Source: a virus
Lineage: Duplodnaviria; Caudoviricetes
Strand: one strand, 5' to 3'
Virus record (IMG/VR): IMGVR_UViG_3300009161_000021
DNA: 64,000 bases
Made by a program: the position numbers and the translations under genes. Below the pieces are notes generated by a model. It worked only from the letters and a program-made list of their open reading frames with translations. It made no database searches and was not told the origin of the DNA. The stretch's first letter is position 1. Every line of letters begins with the position of its first letter. Of this stretch, positions 35,899-44,287 are shown piece after piece.

Positions 35899-36194
35899 GG
35901 CGATCCAGTGTAAATATCTCCCAGCATCGAAGCCATCGACTCCTGGAATCGCGGGTCGAGAGAGACCCGCTTCGACTCCTCATCGAGCTTGTCCGTGGGA
36001 GTTCCCTGCAGGATGCAAACCTCACGAGCGATCTTCTCGAGAGCTCGCAGGACCAGATTACGTGCGGTCGAGATCGAGATGTCGTCTCCACCCTCAGCCA
36101 TCTTCTCGACAATAGCTCGATACTCCATGCCTCCGAAATCGGAGCTCACGGTCGCGTAGCCATTCTTGAACTTGGAACCAGTGGGCATGCTCAT
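35895..36194 (-). CDS. sigma region-4.2-like HTH protein
   Basis: GMEYRAIVEKM...ISISTARNLVLRALEKIAR resembles the sigma4 HTH; in frame directly after the sigma stop. Confidence 0.55.
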   Translation of the reverse strand: MSMPTGSKFKNGYATVSSDFGGMEYRAIVEKMAEGGDDISISTARNLVLRALEKIAREVCILQGTPTDKLDEESKRVSLDPRFQESMASMLGDIYTGSP

Positions 36195-36980
36195 TTACTT
36201 GATCTCCGAGCTGATGGTAAGAGCGTGAAGCTCTTCATGGGTGATGGGGAAATTGACATGATCGGTGGAGCTTTCGGTGATCCCGAAGCGGAGTCGAAGG
36301 ATCTTCTCCTCACGAGCCGTGAGCTTCGAGAGTCCGCGACGGATCGCTGCTGCGATCTTCTCTCGGTCGATGTTGTCATTGATCTCATCGGCGCCGGTTC
36401 CCGGGATCATCTCGCCGAGAGTGGGACCGTCGCCATCATCGCCTGCCATTCCGGGAGCATCGATCGAGAGAGTGTACTTCGAAGTCTGGAGAAGAATGTC
36501 CAGAGACCCGGAACCCACGCCCAGGAGGTCGGCGAGCTCCTCCACGGTCGGCTGCACACCGAACTGTCGATTGTACTCCTCCGTAACCCGACGGGCACGC
36601 CACACGAGGTTATTCGCGCCCGCCGGGAGACGGATGGAAGAGGACTGGAGAGTGATATGCCGCATGACCGCCTGGCGGATCCACCACGTCGCGTAGGTCG
36701 AGAACTTGAAGCCTCGACGCCAATCGAAGCGATCGACCGCCTTCATGAGACCGAGAGTCGACTCCTGGATGAGATCCTCGAAGTCACAACCACGGTTCTG
36801 GTACTTCTTCGCGATCGAGATCGCCAGTCGAATGTTCGACTGAACCATGCGATTTCGGGCCGCAGCCCGAACTGCCTCGTCCTTGCTCTCCATCTGCTGA
36901 GCGAGCTCAACCTCACCCTCACGATCGAGAAGCTTGTGGCGACCAACTTCCTTGAAGAATGACTGCATCATGTCCGGCAT
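36195..36980 (-). CDS. phage RNA polymerase sigma70-family factor with truncated region 4
   Basis: NIRLAISIAKKYQNRG..FEDLIQE...GLMKAVDRFD..RGFKFSTYATWWIRQA; region 4.1 LTAREEKILRLRFGI present, 4.2 helix absent. Confidence 0.92.
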   Translation of the reverse strand: MPDMMQSFFKEVGRHKLLDREGEVELAQQMESKDEAVRAAARNRMVQSNIRLAISIAKKYQNRGCDFEDLIQESTLGLMKAVDRFDWRRGFKFSTYATWWIRQAVMRHITLQSSSIRLPAGANNLVWRARRVTEEYNRQFGVQPTVEELADLLGVGSGSLDILLQTSKYTLSIDAPGMAGDDGDGPTLGEMIPGTGADEINDNIDREKIAAAIRRGLSKLTAREEKILRLRFGITESSTDHVNFPITHEELHALTISSEIK

Positions 36981-36995
36981 GTTTACTCCTTTCCC

Positions 36996-37256
36996 TTAGT
37001 TGTCGTCGTAGTAGTAGTCGTCGAAGGCCTGCGGATTACGCCGCATGAACTCCATGTGATTACGCTTGCGCGTCTCACGGAGCTGAAGCTCTTCGGCGAG
37101 ATAGCAATACTCGACCTCGAGGGCGTGCGTGTCCTGACCACGGCGGCGATCGGCTTCGATCCAACCACGGTACTGGACTACCTTCCCACGAAGGTCATCC
37201 TCGGGGATGACCGCAATATAGTCACGGTCGTGAACGGGTACATTCCTACCTGCCAT
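36996..37256 (-). CDS. hypothetical protein
   Basis: ATG 37256; EVEYCYLAEELQLR. Confidence 0.55.
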   Translation of the reverse strand: MAGRNVPVHDRDYIAVIPEDDLRGKVVQYRGWIEADRRRGQDTHALEVEYCYLAEELQLRETRKRNHMEFMRRNPQAFDDYYYDDN

Positions 37257-37337
37257 TTTCTTTCTCTTTGCTTGATGTTCCGTTGGAGGGATATCCGCCA
37301 CCGGTGGGGAGGAAGCTTCCTTCCTTCACCCTTTATT

Positions 37338-37366
37338 ACTATACCACGCCTTACCGGGGTTTGCAC
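37338..37366 (-). promoter_or_regulatory. sigma70-type early promoter upstream of the sigma operon
   Basis: GTGCAA-17nt-TATAGT with TGG. Confidence 0.75.
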
Positions 37367-37389
37367 GTTTCCCGCGCGTTATTTTCACA

Positions 37390-37674
37390 TCAGGTAATTT
37401 TTTCTTTGATCTGCTTGACGTCGTCCTCTACGTTATCGAGGCGCTGGGTCAATCCCGAGATGGCAGCTTCAAACGTCCGGCGATCAGCCTCGTGACTGTC
37501 GACGGTCTTCTCGAGAGCCTTGACGAGATCTCCGAACTTCTCGTTCTGACCCTCGAGGTACTTCTGGAGTACGGGTAGAATCTTACTCGCCAGCCAATAA
37601 AGAATTCCAGTTGAAAGAACCAAAGCCCCCAGGGGACCAGTAACCAAGCTCACAAGAGGGGCTGCGTCCATCAT
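37390..37674 (-). CDS. single-TM coiled-coil protein
   Basis: GPLGALVLSTGILYW. Confidence 0.6.
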   Translation of the reverse strand: MMDAAPLVSLVTGPLGALVLSTGILYWLASKILPVLQKYLEGQNEKFGDLVKALEKTVDSHEADRRTFEAAISGLTQRLDNVEDDVKQIKEKIT

Positions 37675-37697
37675 TACTCCACGATGCCTGTCGCTAA

Positions 37698-39293
37698 CTA
37701 TTCCGCAGGAGAGTCATCTGTGATCGTGCAACCCACAGAAAGCAACATGCTCGCAGCGGAGTGCGCGTTCTCTAGAGCGGAGCGAACCACCTTCAGAGGA
37801 TCAACGATCCCGGACTCGAGAGTATCAACGTAGCGCTCCGTGGCAGCATCGTATCCCATGTTATCGCGGAGACGTTCAACCTTCGAGAGGACAAGCTCGG
37901 GATTGCGTCCAGCGTTCAAGACAATCTGACGGAGAGGGGCGCAGCATGATTGAAAGATGACCTCAGCGCCCTGTTTGAATGAATCGCTGCGATTCTTCGT
38001 GAGTCGGCGGCGAACCTTGGCTGCGGCACGGACAAGAGCAGTTCCACCGCCCGGGAGAATTCCCTCCTCGACGGCAGCTTTCGTGGCATGTAGAGCGTCA
38101 TCAACACGATCCCTGCGTTCCTTCAGCTCCGGTTCAGTTGCACCGCCGACCCTCAGGACAGCGACACCGCCAGAGAGCCGTGCAAGTCGACGACGTAGGA
38201 CCTCACGCTCCTGCTGATCGAGTGAGTTATCATCGATCTGGGATCTAATCTCCTTCGAGCGATCCTCGATCTCCTCTTTCTTGCCGGCTGCATCGATCAG
38301 GATCGTCCTGTATCGACCGACAATCGCGCGCTTGCAACGGCCCAGATCCTGGATCGTGACCTTGGCTAGCTCTGACTCTCCAACAATGACTCGCGTCCCC
38401 AGCAGCGCCGCGAGATCCTGAAGAGCGTGGAGACGGTTCTCACCGAACTCTGGACCCTTTATGGCACAAACCTGCAGGATACCCTTTGTTCGATTAACGA
38501 CAAGACCCTGCATCGCCTCGCCCTCGATATCATCAGCGACGATTAGGACGGGCTTCTGGGCATTATGAATCTTCTCGAGAAGTGGGAGGATCTCCTTCAG
38601 AGCCGTGATCCTATTGTTAGTTAGGAGCACGTATGGTGACTCAAGTGAGGAGACCATCTTCTCACTGTCTGTCACGAAGTAGGGAGAGAGGTACCCACGA
38701 TCGAGCTCAGCGCCCTCGACAACGTGAAGACTTGTGCTGAAACCCTTTGCCTCCTCAACAGTGATCGTGCCATCGCGACCGACAGCTCTCATCGCTCGCG
38801 AGAGAAGCTCTCCGATCTCACGTTCTCCATTGGCTGAGATCGTTCCAACCTGGATGATCTCCTCATCCGAGGAGACAGGTTTCGACATCGAGCGAAGCTC
38901 ATCGATAACGGAACCAACTGCCCACGACATGCCCGCGCGTACCTCGGGGCTGCTATGATCACCCGAAAGCACCCTAAGCCCACCGTTGAAAATCGCGTGG
39001 GTCAGCACGGTGGCTGTCGTCGTTCCGTCACCAGCAGCATCGCAGGTGCGATTTGCAGCCTCCTTGACGATCTGAGCACCGAGATTCATGTTACGATCCC
39101 GGAAATCGATCGCACGGGCGACGGAGACTCCATCCTTCGTGACGACCGGTGGTGCGCCCGGTATCTCAATTATCACGTTCTGACCTGAGGGTCCCATGGT
39201 GACCCTAACAGCCTGAGCGAGGGAATCGACCCCGCGTCTCAGACCCTCTCGTGCCTCATCATCAAATATGAGTGCCTTGAAACCCTCGGTCAT
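37698..39293 (-). CDS. groEL: group I chaperonin GroEL-like
   Basis: VTKDGVSVA, AGDGTTTAT, GGVAVLRVGG, EGILPGGG; no GGM tail. Confidence 0.95.
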   Translation of the reverse strand: MTEGFKALIFDDEAREGLRRGVDSLAQAVRVTMGPSGQNVIIEIPGAPPVVTKDGVSVARAIDFRDRNMNLGAQIVKEAANRTCDAAGDGTTTATVLTHAIFNGGLRVLSGDHSSPEVRAGMSWAVGSVIDELRSMSKPVSSDEEIIQVGTISANGEREIGELLSRAMRAVGRDGTITVEEAKGFSTSLHVVEGAELDRGYLSPYFVTDSEKMVSSLESPYVLLTNNRITALKEILPLLEKIHNAQKPVLIVADDIEGEAMQGLVVNRTKGILQVCAIKGPEFGENRLHALQDLAALLGTRVIVGESELAKVTIQDLGRCKRAIVGRYRTILIDAAGKKEEIEDRSKEIRSQIDDNSLDQQEREVLRRRLARLSGGVAVLRVGGATEPELKERRDRVDDALHATKAAVEEGILPGGGTALVRAAAKVRRRLTKNRSDSFKQGAEVIFQSCCAPLRQIVLNAGRNPELVLSKVERLRDNMGYDAATERYVDTLESGIVDPLKVVRSALENAHSAASMLLSVGCTITDDSPAE

Positions 39294-39296
39294 CCG

Positions 39297-39506
39297 TTAG
39301 TCCCTCAGGATGCGGCGCTGAGGCGCCTCGGTAACGATGTTCTCGGTCGTGATGGAGCGTCGGACGCCCGTGAGGGTGTTCACAGCGACGAGCAGATCGC
39401 CAGCTCGAACAGCGACCTCCTCGGTCTGGAGAACACCACGCGAACGAAGCCCAGCCTGCTCGGCATCGGGGAGGGGTTGATCGAAAGAAAGACCGTTGTT
39501 TGCCAT
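39297..39506 (-). CDS. hypothetical protein
   Basis: AGGAG RBS, ATG 39506. Confidence 0.55.
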   Translation of the reverse strand: MANNGLSFDQPLPDAEQAGLRSRGVLQTEEVAVRAGDLLVAVNTLTGVRRSITTENIVTEAPQRRILRD

Positions 39507-39532
39507 TTTGACTCCTTGTGTTGAAATTATAA

Positions 39533-40363
39533 TCACGCAGCCTGGGATGGAAACTGGATCCACATTCGATCGAATGATCCAACCCACTTCGGCCATGTCT
39601 TGTCATTGGTGAGGGATGCGATACCGAGACCCTGCATGCGCTCACGGAGCTCATCATTTCGACGTGATGGTGCGCTGAAGGTTGTCCCGTGCCAGGTCTC
39701 ATCCAGATTCTCGAAACCGATCATGGAGAGGTTATGCTCAAAGATCTGCCGAGTCTCTGGCTTCTTAAGGAAGAATGCTTCCAGAGCTCCCGCTTCGGTG
39801 ACGAGCGTAGTGGCTCGCTTGTCGCCGATGCCAGGAATGCCAGGGATATTGTCGGCCCCGTCACCACGAAGCGCCTTCCATCGAACATAGTCGTAGGGAG
39901 GAGCTTCGACGAAGATGTCCTTCACGGGAGAGTAGAGGGTGATACGTCGATCATCCGGACGGATGAGCTGGGTAAAGTCGGTGTCGGTCGAAACGATCGT
40001 CACTCGATCATCACGATGGTGCTTCTCTGCAAGATGAGCGATGACATCGTCAGCCTCGTAGTCCGCATGCCTCGTCACGATGACCGGTAGGTGGCGTGAG
40101 ATGATGTCTGTGATCTGTCGCTTCTGATTCCGGAAGGCGTCATCCATTCCAGTGCGCTGTGCCTTGTAGGTGCCCTCGGAGGCCTCGATGCGCCTGCGAG
40201 GAACTCCCTCCATGACGAAGTAAGCGACATCAGGCTTGAAGCGCTCAACGAGGGAGCGGACAGAGCGTAGTGCTGCGAATGTGCAGCCGTGCTCGGCATC
40301 CTGCATCGCGACGCGGGCCCGGTGAATGAGATTGAGACCATCGATAACGAGAACGTGCTTCAC
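39533..40363 (-). CDS. 5'-3' exonuclease / flap endonuclease (T4 RNase H / PolI 5'-exo type)
   Basis: IDGLNL, YEADDVI, STDTDF, GDGADNIPGIPGIG. Confidence 0.92.
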   Translation of the reverse strand: MKHVLVIDGLNLIHRARVAMQDAEHGCTFAALRSVRSLVERFKPDVAYFVMEGVPRRRIEASEGTYKAQRTGMDDAFRNQKRQITDIISRHLPVIVTRHADYEADDVIAHLAEKHHRDDRVTIVSTDTDFTQLIRPDDRRITLYSPVKDIFVEAPPYDYVRWKALRGDGADNIPGIPGIGDKRATTLVTEAGALEAFFLKKPETRQIFEHNLSMIGFENLDETWHGTTFSAPSRRNDELRERMQGLGIASLTNDKTWPKWVGSFDRMWIQFPSQAA

Positions 40364-40779
40364 GGGATCTTAACCTTCGCCCGAGTTCCATCAGGCAGTA
40401 CGATTGTTGCAGTGTGTTCAGCGAGAGACTCATTCGCTACTTGAGGAATCAAGTCATCGACAGGAGGGCTCGAGCTCGGAAATGCCTCGGCAGCGGCCGC
40501 GACGACCCTATCAACCATCGAATTAACCTGCTGGGTGGTTCGTTCGATCAGCGTAGATCTCAGATCAGAGATGCTGACATAGTACTCAGCAGCCTCCGGA
40601 TCGAGGGGAACGCTCTTCTGGCTTCCGGCGAGCTGGATCATCCAGACCGTCTCCGTGCCATTAAGAGTTCTTCGAAGGATCTCCTCGGTGACCTGCGCAG
40701 GCATCACGCGCCTCTCTCCCGAGGGGATCAAATAAATGACTTGACCGACTTGAAATGGTGGTAGAGCTGTTGTACTCAT
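40360..40779 (-). CDS. hypothetical protein with SH3-like N-terminus
   Basis: FQVGQVIY; leaderless start. Confidence 0.6.
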   Translation of the reverse strand: MSTTALPPFQVGQVIYLIPSGERRVMPAQVTEEILRRTLNGTETVWMIQLAGSQKSVPLDPEAAEYYVSISDLRSTLIERTTQQVNSMVDRVVAAAAEAFPSSSPPVDDLIPQVANESLAEHTATIVLPDGTRAKVKIP

Positions 40780-40785
40780 ACCACC

Positions 40786-40814
40786 ATTATAAGTCGGTCA
40801 GGAAGTTATTGCAC
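40786..40814 (-). promoter_or_regulatory. sigma70-type early promoter
   Basis: GTGCAA-17nt-TATAAT. Confidence 0.75.
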
Positions 40815-40828
40815 GAATTCGTGCGCGT

Positions 40829-41248
40829 TTAGCGTCGGAATCCGGGGCCGACGCCGCCCATGGTCACGCCACGTGAACGAAGAACAGAGCGGATCTCCTT
40901 GCGGACAGCCTCACGAACAGACTGCTCCTCCTGCTTCTCATCGTCCATAGCCCTCTTCGCCTTGCGGAGCTCGGTGCGGATCATCTCGCGAACAGCACCT
41001 TCCTCATCGTCCTCGCCCTTCTTGCGACGAGCTTCCATGGGCTCCTCTTCCATCTCGTCCATGGCGTCTTCAGGCTCATCGCCCTCGTGAAGATCGTGAT
41101 CGGCAGTGCTGACGTCGCCGTCGAGCCAGGGATCACCCTCTTCCTTGCCACCGCCGAACTGATCAGCCTTCGCGTCCTTGATACCCTTGTGCGAACCCTC
41201 GACCATGAGACCCGAGAGCTTTGCCATTCTGTTCTTATCGAAAATCAT
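40829..41248 (-). CDS. acidic protein with two VREMIR/VREAVRKEIR motifs
   Basis: ATG 41248; ATATTTA at 41267-41273. Confidence 0.65.
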   Translation of the reverse strand: MIFDKNRMAKLSGLMVEGSHKGIKDAKADQFGGGKEEGDPWLDGDVSTADHDLHEGDEPEDAMDEMEEEPMEARRKKGEDDEEGAVREMIRTELRKAKRAMDDEKQEEQSVREAVRKEIRSVLRSRGVTMGGVGPGFRR

Positions 41249-41351
41249 TTTAGTTGCCTCCGCATGTAAATATTCCTGACTCTGCAAATCATCCTGAACA
41301 AAGAGGTTCAAGGACTCACCTGCTACAAACTAACTATTATGCAGGCAACCA

Positions 41352-41705
41352 TTATTCATTAGATCCGACATTTTCTCTAACAGCTTGCGTGATCTTTTTG
41401 CCCTTCTCGACCGCCTGACGAAGCGGCTCAAGCCCAAGAACGCTACGAACCTTGTCATATTCCTGCTCATTTAACCCCGTCTTCAAAAGACCGAGATCAA
41501 CAAACTGCTTCAGGTCCATGTCGATGACGGGAACATCTTCGCCCTCGGATCCAGGCTCAAACTCACCCGTCTGATGAGCGACGAAGATGAAGAGCATCTT
41601 CGGGTCCTCCTGATCGGGAGGTACGTGAATGAAAGGAAGCTGTCCCTCGCCCTCTTCATATACAATCTCTGGGATCCAATTCTTAGGTTGCTTTTTCTTG
41701 CTCAT
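41352..41705 (-). CDS. conserved phage hypothetical protein
   Basis: WIPEIVYEE...LPFIHVP. Confidence 0.65.
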   Translation of the reverse strand: MSKKKQPKNWIPEIVYEEGEGQLPFIHVPPDQEDPKMLFIFVAHQTGEFEPGSEGEDVPVIDMDLKQFVDLGLLKTGLNEQEYDKVRSVLGLEPLRQAVEKGKKITQAVRENVGSNE

Positions 41706-41735
41706 GGGAAATTTATAAATCGTCTATCGTAGTAG

Positions 41736-42905
41736 TTAAACGTTCGAAGGAACTTGCAGCTGCCTTTCTCCAGTCTCTAGCTGCTGCTCAAAGCTTGTGA
41801 GATAAGAGAGGTACTGCTGTCCAACAGGGAAAGTGGAAAGTTGGGACTTCATCTCTTCGCTAAGGGGCAAAAACATAGTTTGCTTCGCCGACTGTATCAT
41901 TTCTTCGAAAGAGTTGGAAAGCTCCTGCTGAATGCTCGACTTCGAGAGCCTAAAAGAGAGTTCGGTAACAGCTTTTAGATCATCCCTCTTGTCAATGTCG
42001 GGAAACTGTGATCTCGCTTTCGCAATGAAGGCGGCGAAATCCTCAGGCTTTTCGCTCATCATCTTTTTCGCTTCCTGCTCAATCTTCGATTTGGCAGTAA
42101 CGATCTCATTCGTGGACATCTTTATTCCTTGAGCCTGGGCACCCGTTGCGGCAGCCTCGAACTCCTCCACGGATTTCGCGTCCACGATCTTCTTGAAGAA
42201 AGCTATACGACCGAGGATCATATCCAATAGCTGCTGACCGCGAGCTTTCTCTCCCTCCACGAAGGATTGGGCGATCTTCTGCAGCTTTAATTTCTCCTGT
42301 TGGATTTCAGGATTCATGGCTTGCGTAGCTGGGACTACGGGTGCCTTCTGCTCCGAGATATTTGATTCCCTACCAAATTCAAAGAAACTCAACGCTCTTT
42401 CAAGACGATCTGAGGCTACGCTGGTGGTCTTTACGTTGGTTTTCTTTGAGGTAGGAACGTCGATGAGATTGTCAATTTCTCCGTCAAATCCCCGTCCCGG
42501 TTGATACGCCATCACGGGCAGAAGCATCGGGTTCCCAATGCCCACAAGGAGCGCTGGTCCGATCTTCATCTTCTGGATTGTTCGGCCATCCTTCGTCTGA
42601 GACTTTTCGTAAAAAGCGTCTCGAAAATAGCGTAAGTTCTCGTCGGACTCTTTCGCAAATTCCTCTCTAGCGTCCGCGAATTTCTTGAAGGCGTCCTTCA
42701 TCTTCTCGCGATCGCCGTCCATCGCTGCGACAGCCATTCTCGCGTTGAACATGAGGTTGTTACCGAGAAGCTTCGTTGACGACCAGATCGATTTGAAAAT
42801 GTTCCCAAAGCTGCTGACCAGCTTCTCTCGCATCTCCGGACTCGCGCGCATCGACGCGGGAACAGAGCCTATTCTCTCGGCGAGAATCCTACGAGAGTGA
42901 GGCAT
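41736..42905 (-). CDS. helical hypothetical protein
   Basis: 389-aa ORF. Confidence 0.65.
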   Translation of the reverse strand: MPHSRRILAERIGSVPASMRASPEMREKLVSSFGNIFKSIWSSTKLLGNNLMFNARMAVAAMDGDREKMKDAFKKFADAREEFAKESDENLRYFRDAFYEKSQTKDGRTIQKMKIGPALLVGIGNPMLLPVMAYQPGRGFDGEIDNLIDVPTSKKTNVKTTSVASDRLERALSFFEFGRESNISEQKAPVVPATQAMNPEIQQEKLKLQKIAQSFVEGEKARGQQLLDMILGRIAFFKKIVDAKSVEEFEAAATGAQAQGIKMSTNEIVTAKSKIEQEAKKMMSEKPEDFAAFIAKARSQFPDIDKRDDLKAVTELSFRLSKSSIQQELSNSFEEMIQSAKQTMFLPLSEEMKSQLSTFPVGQQYLSYLTSFEQQLETGERQLQVPSNV

Positions 42906-42910
42906 CGGTA

Positions 42911-43408
42911 TTACGCTCCGCCAACCTTGATGGGAACGGGACCCGTCGAAGGGGCTGCTGCGGGTGCAGAGACAGAGGGACTCGGGGCTCGAGTCGCGTT
43001 CGCAGTGCTTGCTCCCAGCGACTTCTTGATCTGCAAAGAGTAAGGGTCAGCTGGATCAGCGGCATCAGCAGAGTCTACACCACTCGTCAGGATCTGGCCC
43101 AGACCCTGGAGGAAGGCCACTAGGGCCATCTTCTCGTCCTCATTGAATTGGCCGATGTACTCCTCGAGTTCTCTCTTCACGTCAGCGTCTTTGGTCGACC
43201 GACCCGCTCGAACGATGTTGAGTTTCTCTATAATATCATCAACCGTTATGGGCTGCTGGGCGCCGGGTTGTGAAGCATCGGGCGTGGGCCCGGCTGCAGA
43301 AGCAGGAGCTGCTGGATCTGCCGCGGGTGCGGGCGCGGGTGGTGTAGCCTGCTCCCTCAGACCACGTAAGAAGCTGATAAGCTCCCTTTCGCTTTTGATC
43401 GTTTTCAT
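42911..43408 (-). CDS. Pro/Ala-rich hypothetical protein with SERELISFLRGLRE motif
   Basis: IIEKLNIVRAGRS core. Confidence 0.65.
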   Translation of the reverse strand: MKTIKSERELISFLRGLREQATPPAPAPAADPAAPASAAGPTPDASQPGAQQPITVDDIIEKLNIVRAGRSTKDADVKRELEEYIGQFNEDEKMALVAFLQGLGQILTSGVDSADAADPADPYSLQIKKSLGASTANATRAPSPSVSAPAAAPSTGPVPIKVGGA

Positions 43409-43584
43409 CACTCACCGTCCTGGGTGTAGCGTATCCTGTTATGAGTCTTCTCACGATATCTCTCGTTGTACCTACGCGCTGGGCTGTCAGCGTGATTCTC
43501 TGCGTACTCCTTGATCTTCTCGCGGGCGTTGTCCTCGCGCTGAACGATGTCCTTCATAAACTTATCGAATTCAAATTCTTGCAT
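43408..43584 (-). CDS. small hypothetical protein
   Basis: 58-aa MQEFEFDKFMKDI..., below ORF-track cutoff; CTATTTA upstream. Confidence 0.55.
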   Translation of the reverse strand: MQEFEFDKFMKDIVQREDNAREKIKEYAENHADSPARRYNERYREKTHNRIRYTQDGE

Positions 43585-43590
43585 GTTTGA

Positions 43591-43947
43591 TTACCTCAAC
43601 AATCTTAAATAGCATCGTCCTGACTCTACTTTCAAAACTTGGGACTTAAACTCTTTACCCGAAAGAGTCACGGGAAGATTCGACTTTTCGAGAAGAGCGT
43701 TTATCATTGAATCGATCTTTCCGAAGCAATCAACGCAGAGAGTTATGAGATGATCATCCGTGAGCTCGACAGAAATGAACTGAAGGTTCACGGCCCTTCC
43801 ATCGATCTTTACTGTGACTCCTTTCCTATTCTCACGCTCATCTTCCAGCTGAATCTCGCTTTCGAGACCCTCTGACATCATCACGTACGATTTCGAGTCA
43901 TCTATACCCGTAAGAGCAGACGTCGTTGTAGATGCCCTCTGCCTCAT
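43591..43947 (-). CDS. hypothetical protein
   Basis: ORF fills the gap; start uncertain. Confidence 0.5.
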   Translation of the reverse strand: MRQRASTTTSALTGIDDSKSYVMMSEGLESEIQLEDERENRKGVTVKIDGRAVNLQFISVELTDDHLITLCVDCFGKIDSMINALLEKSNLPVTLSGKEFKSQVLKVESGRCYLRLLR

Positions 43948-44284
43948 TCGCGTACTCCTTGTCGATCTCGGTTACGCACTCGACACCGTGAGTGAAAACT
44001 TCCACTGTCACAACCGGACCCTTACACTTGATCTCGGCGTGATGATCTCTCTGGTCTTCGTAGTTCATTAGCTCTTCGATAAAAGAGCGGGCCGATCTTC
44101 TGTCTCCAAATGTGTATGTCCGGCAGAGTCGCTCAGGTGACTGCTTCACGTGCCATTTGTTCTCAGACTTCGGAACAACGGGAAGAGCGCGAGTATCGAA
44201 AGAGAACTCACGTGGAAAGTACTGCGGGGGTACCTCATGCTCGAAGTACTCCCGCAGCAGGTTCGAGACCCGAGGGGTCCTCAT
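43898..44284 (-). CDS. pterin-4-alpha-carbinolamine dehydratase-like protein
   Basis: W...LCRTYTF...F...DHHAEI...VTVEVFTH...VTEID. Confidence 0.75.
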   Translation of the reverse strand: MRTPRVSNLLREYFEHEVPPQYFPREFSFDTRALPVVPKSENKWHVKQSPERLCRTYTFGDRRSARSFIEELMNYEDQRDHHAEIKCKGPVVTVEVFTHGVECVTEIDKEYANEAEGIYNDVCSYGYR

Positions 44285-44287
44285 GAT

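Noticed and set aside
39297-39506. GroES candidate next to groEL
   Set aside because: Lacks the PLxDRV and mobile-loop motifs of GroES.
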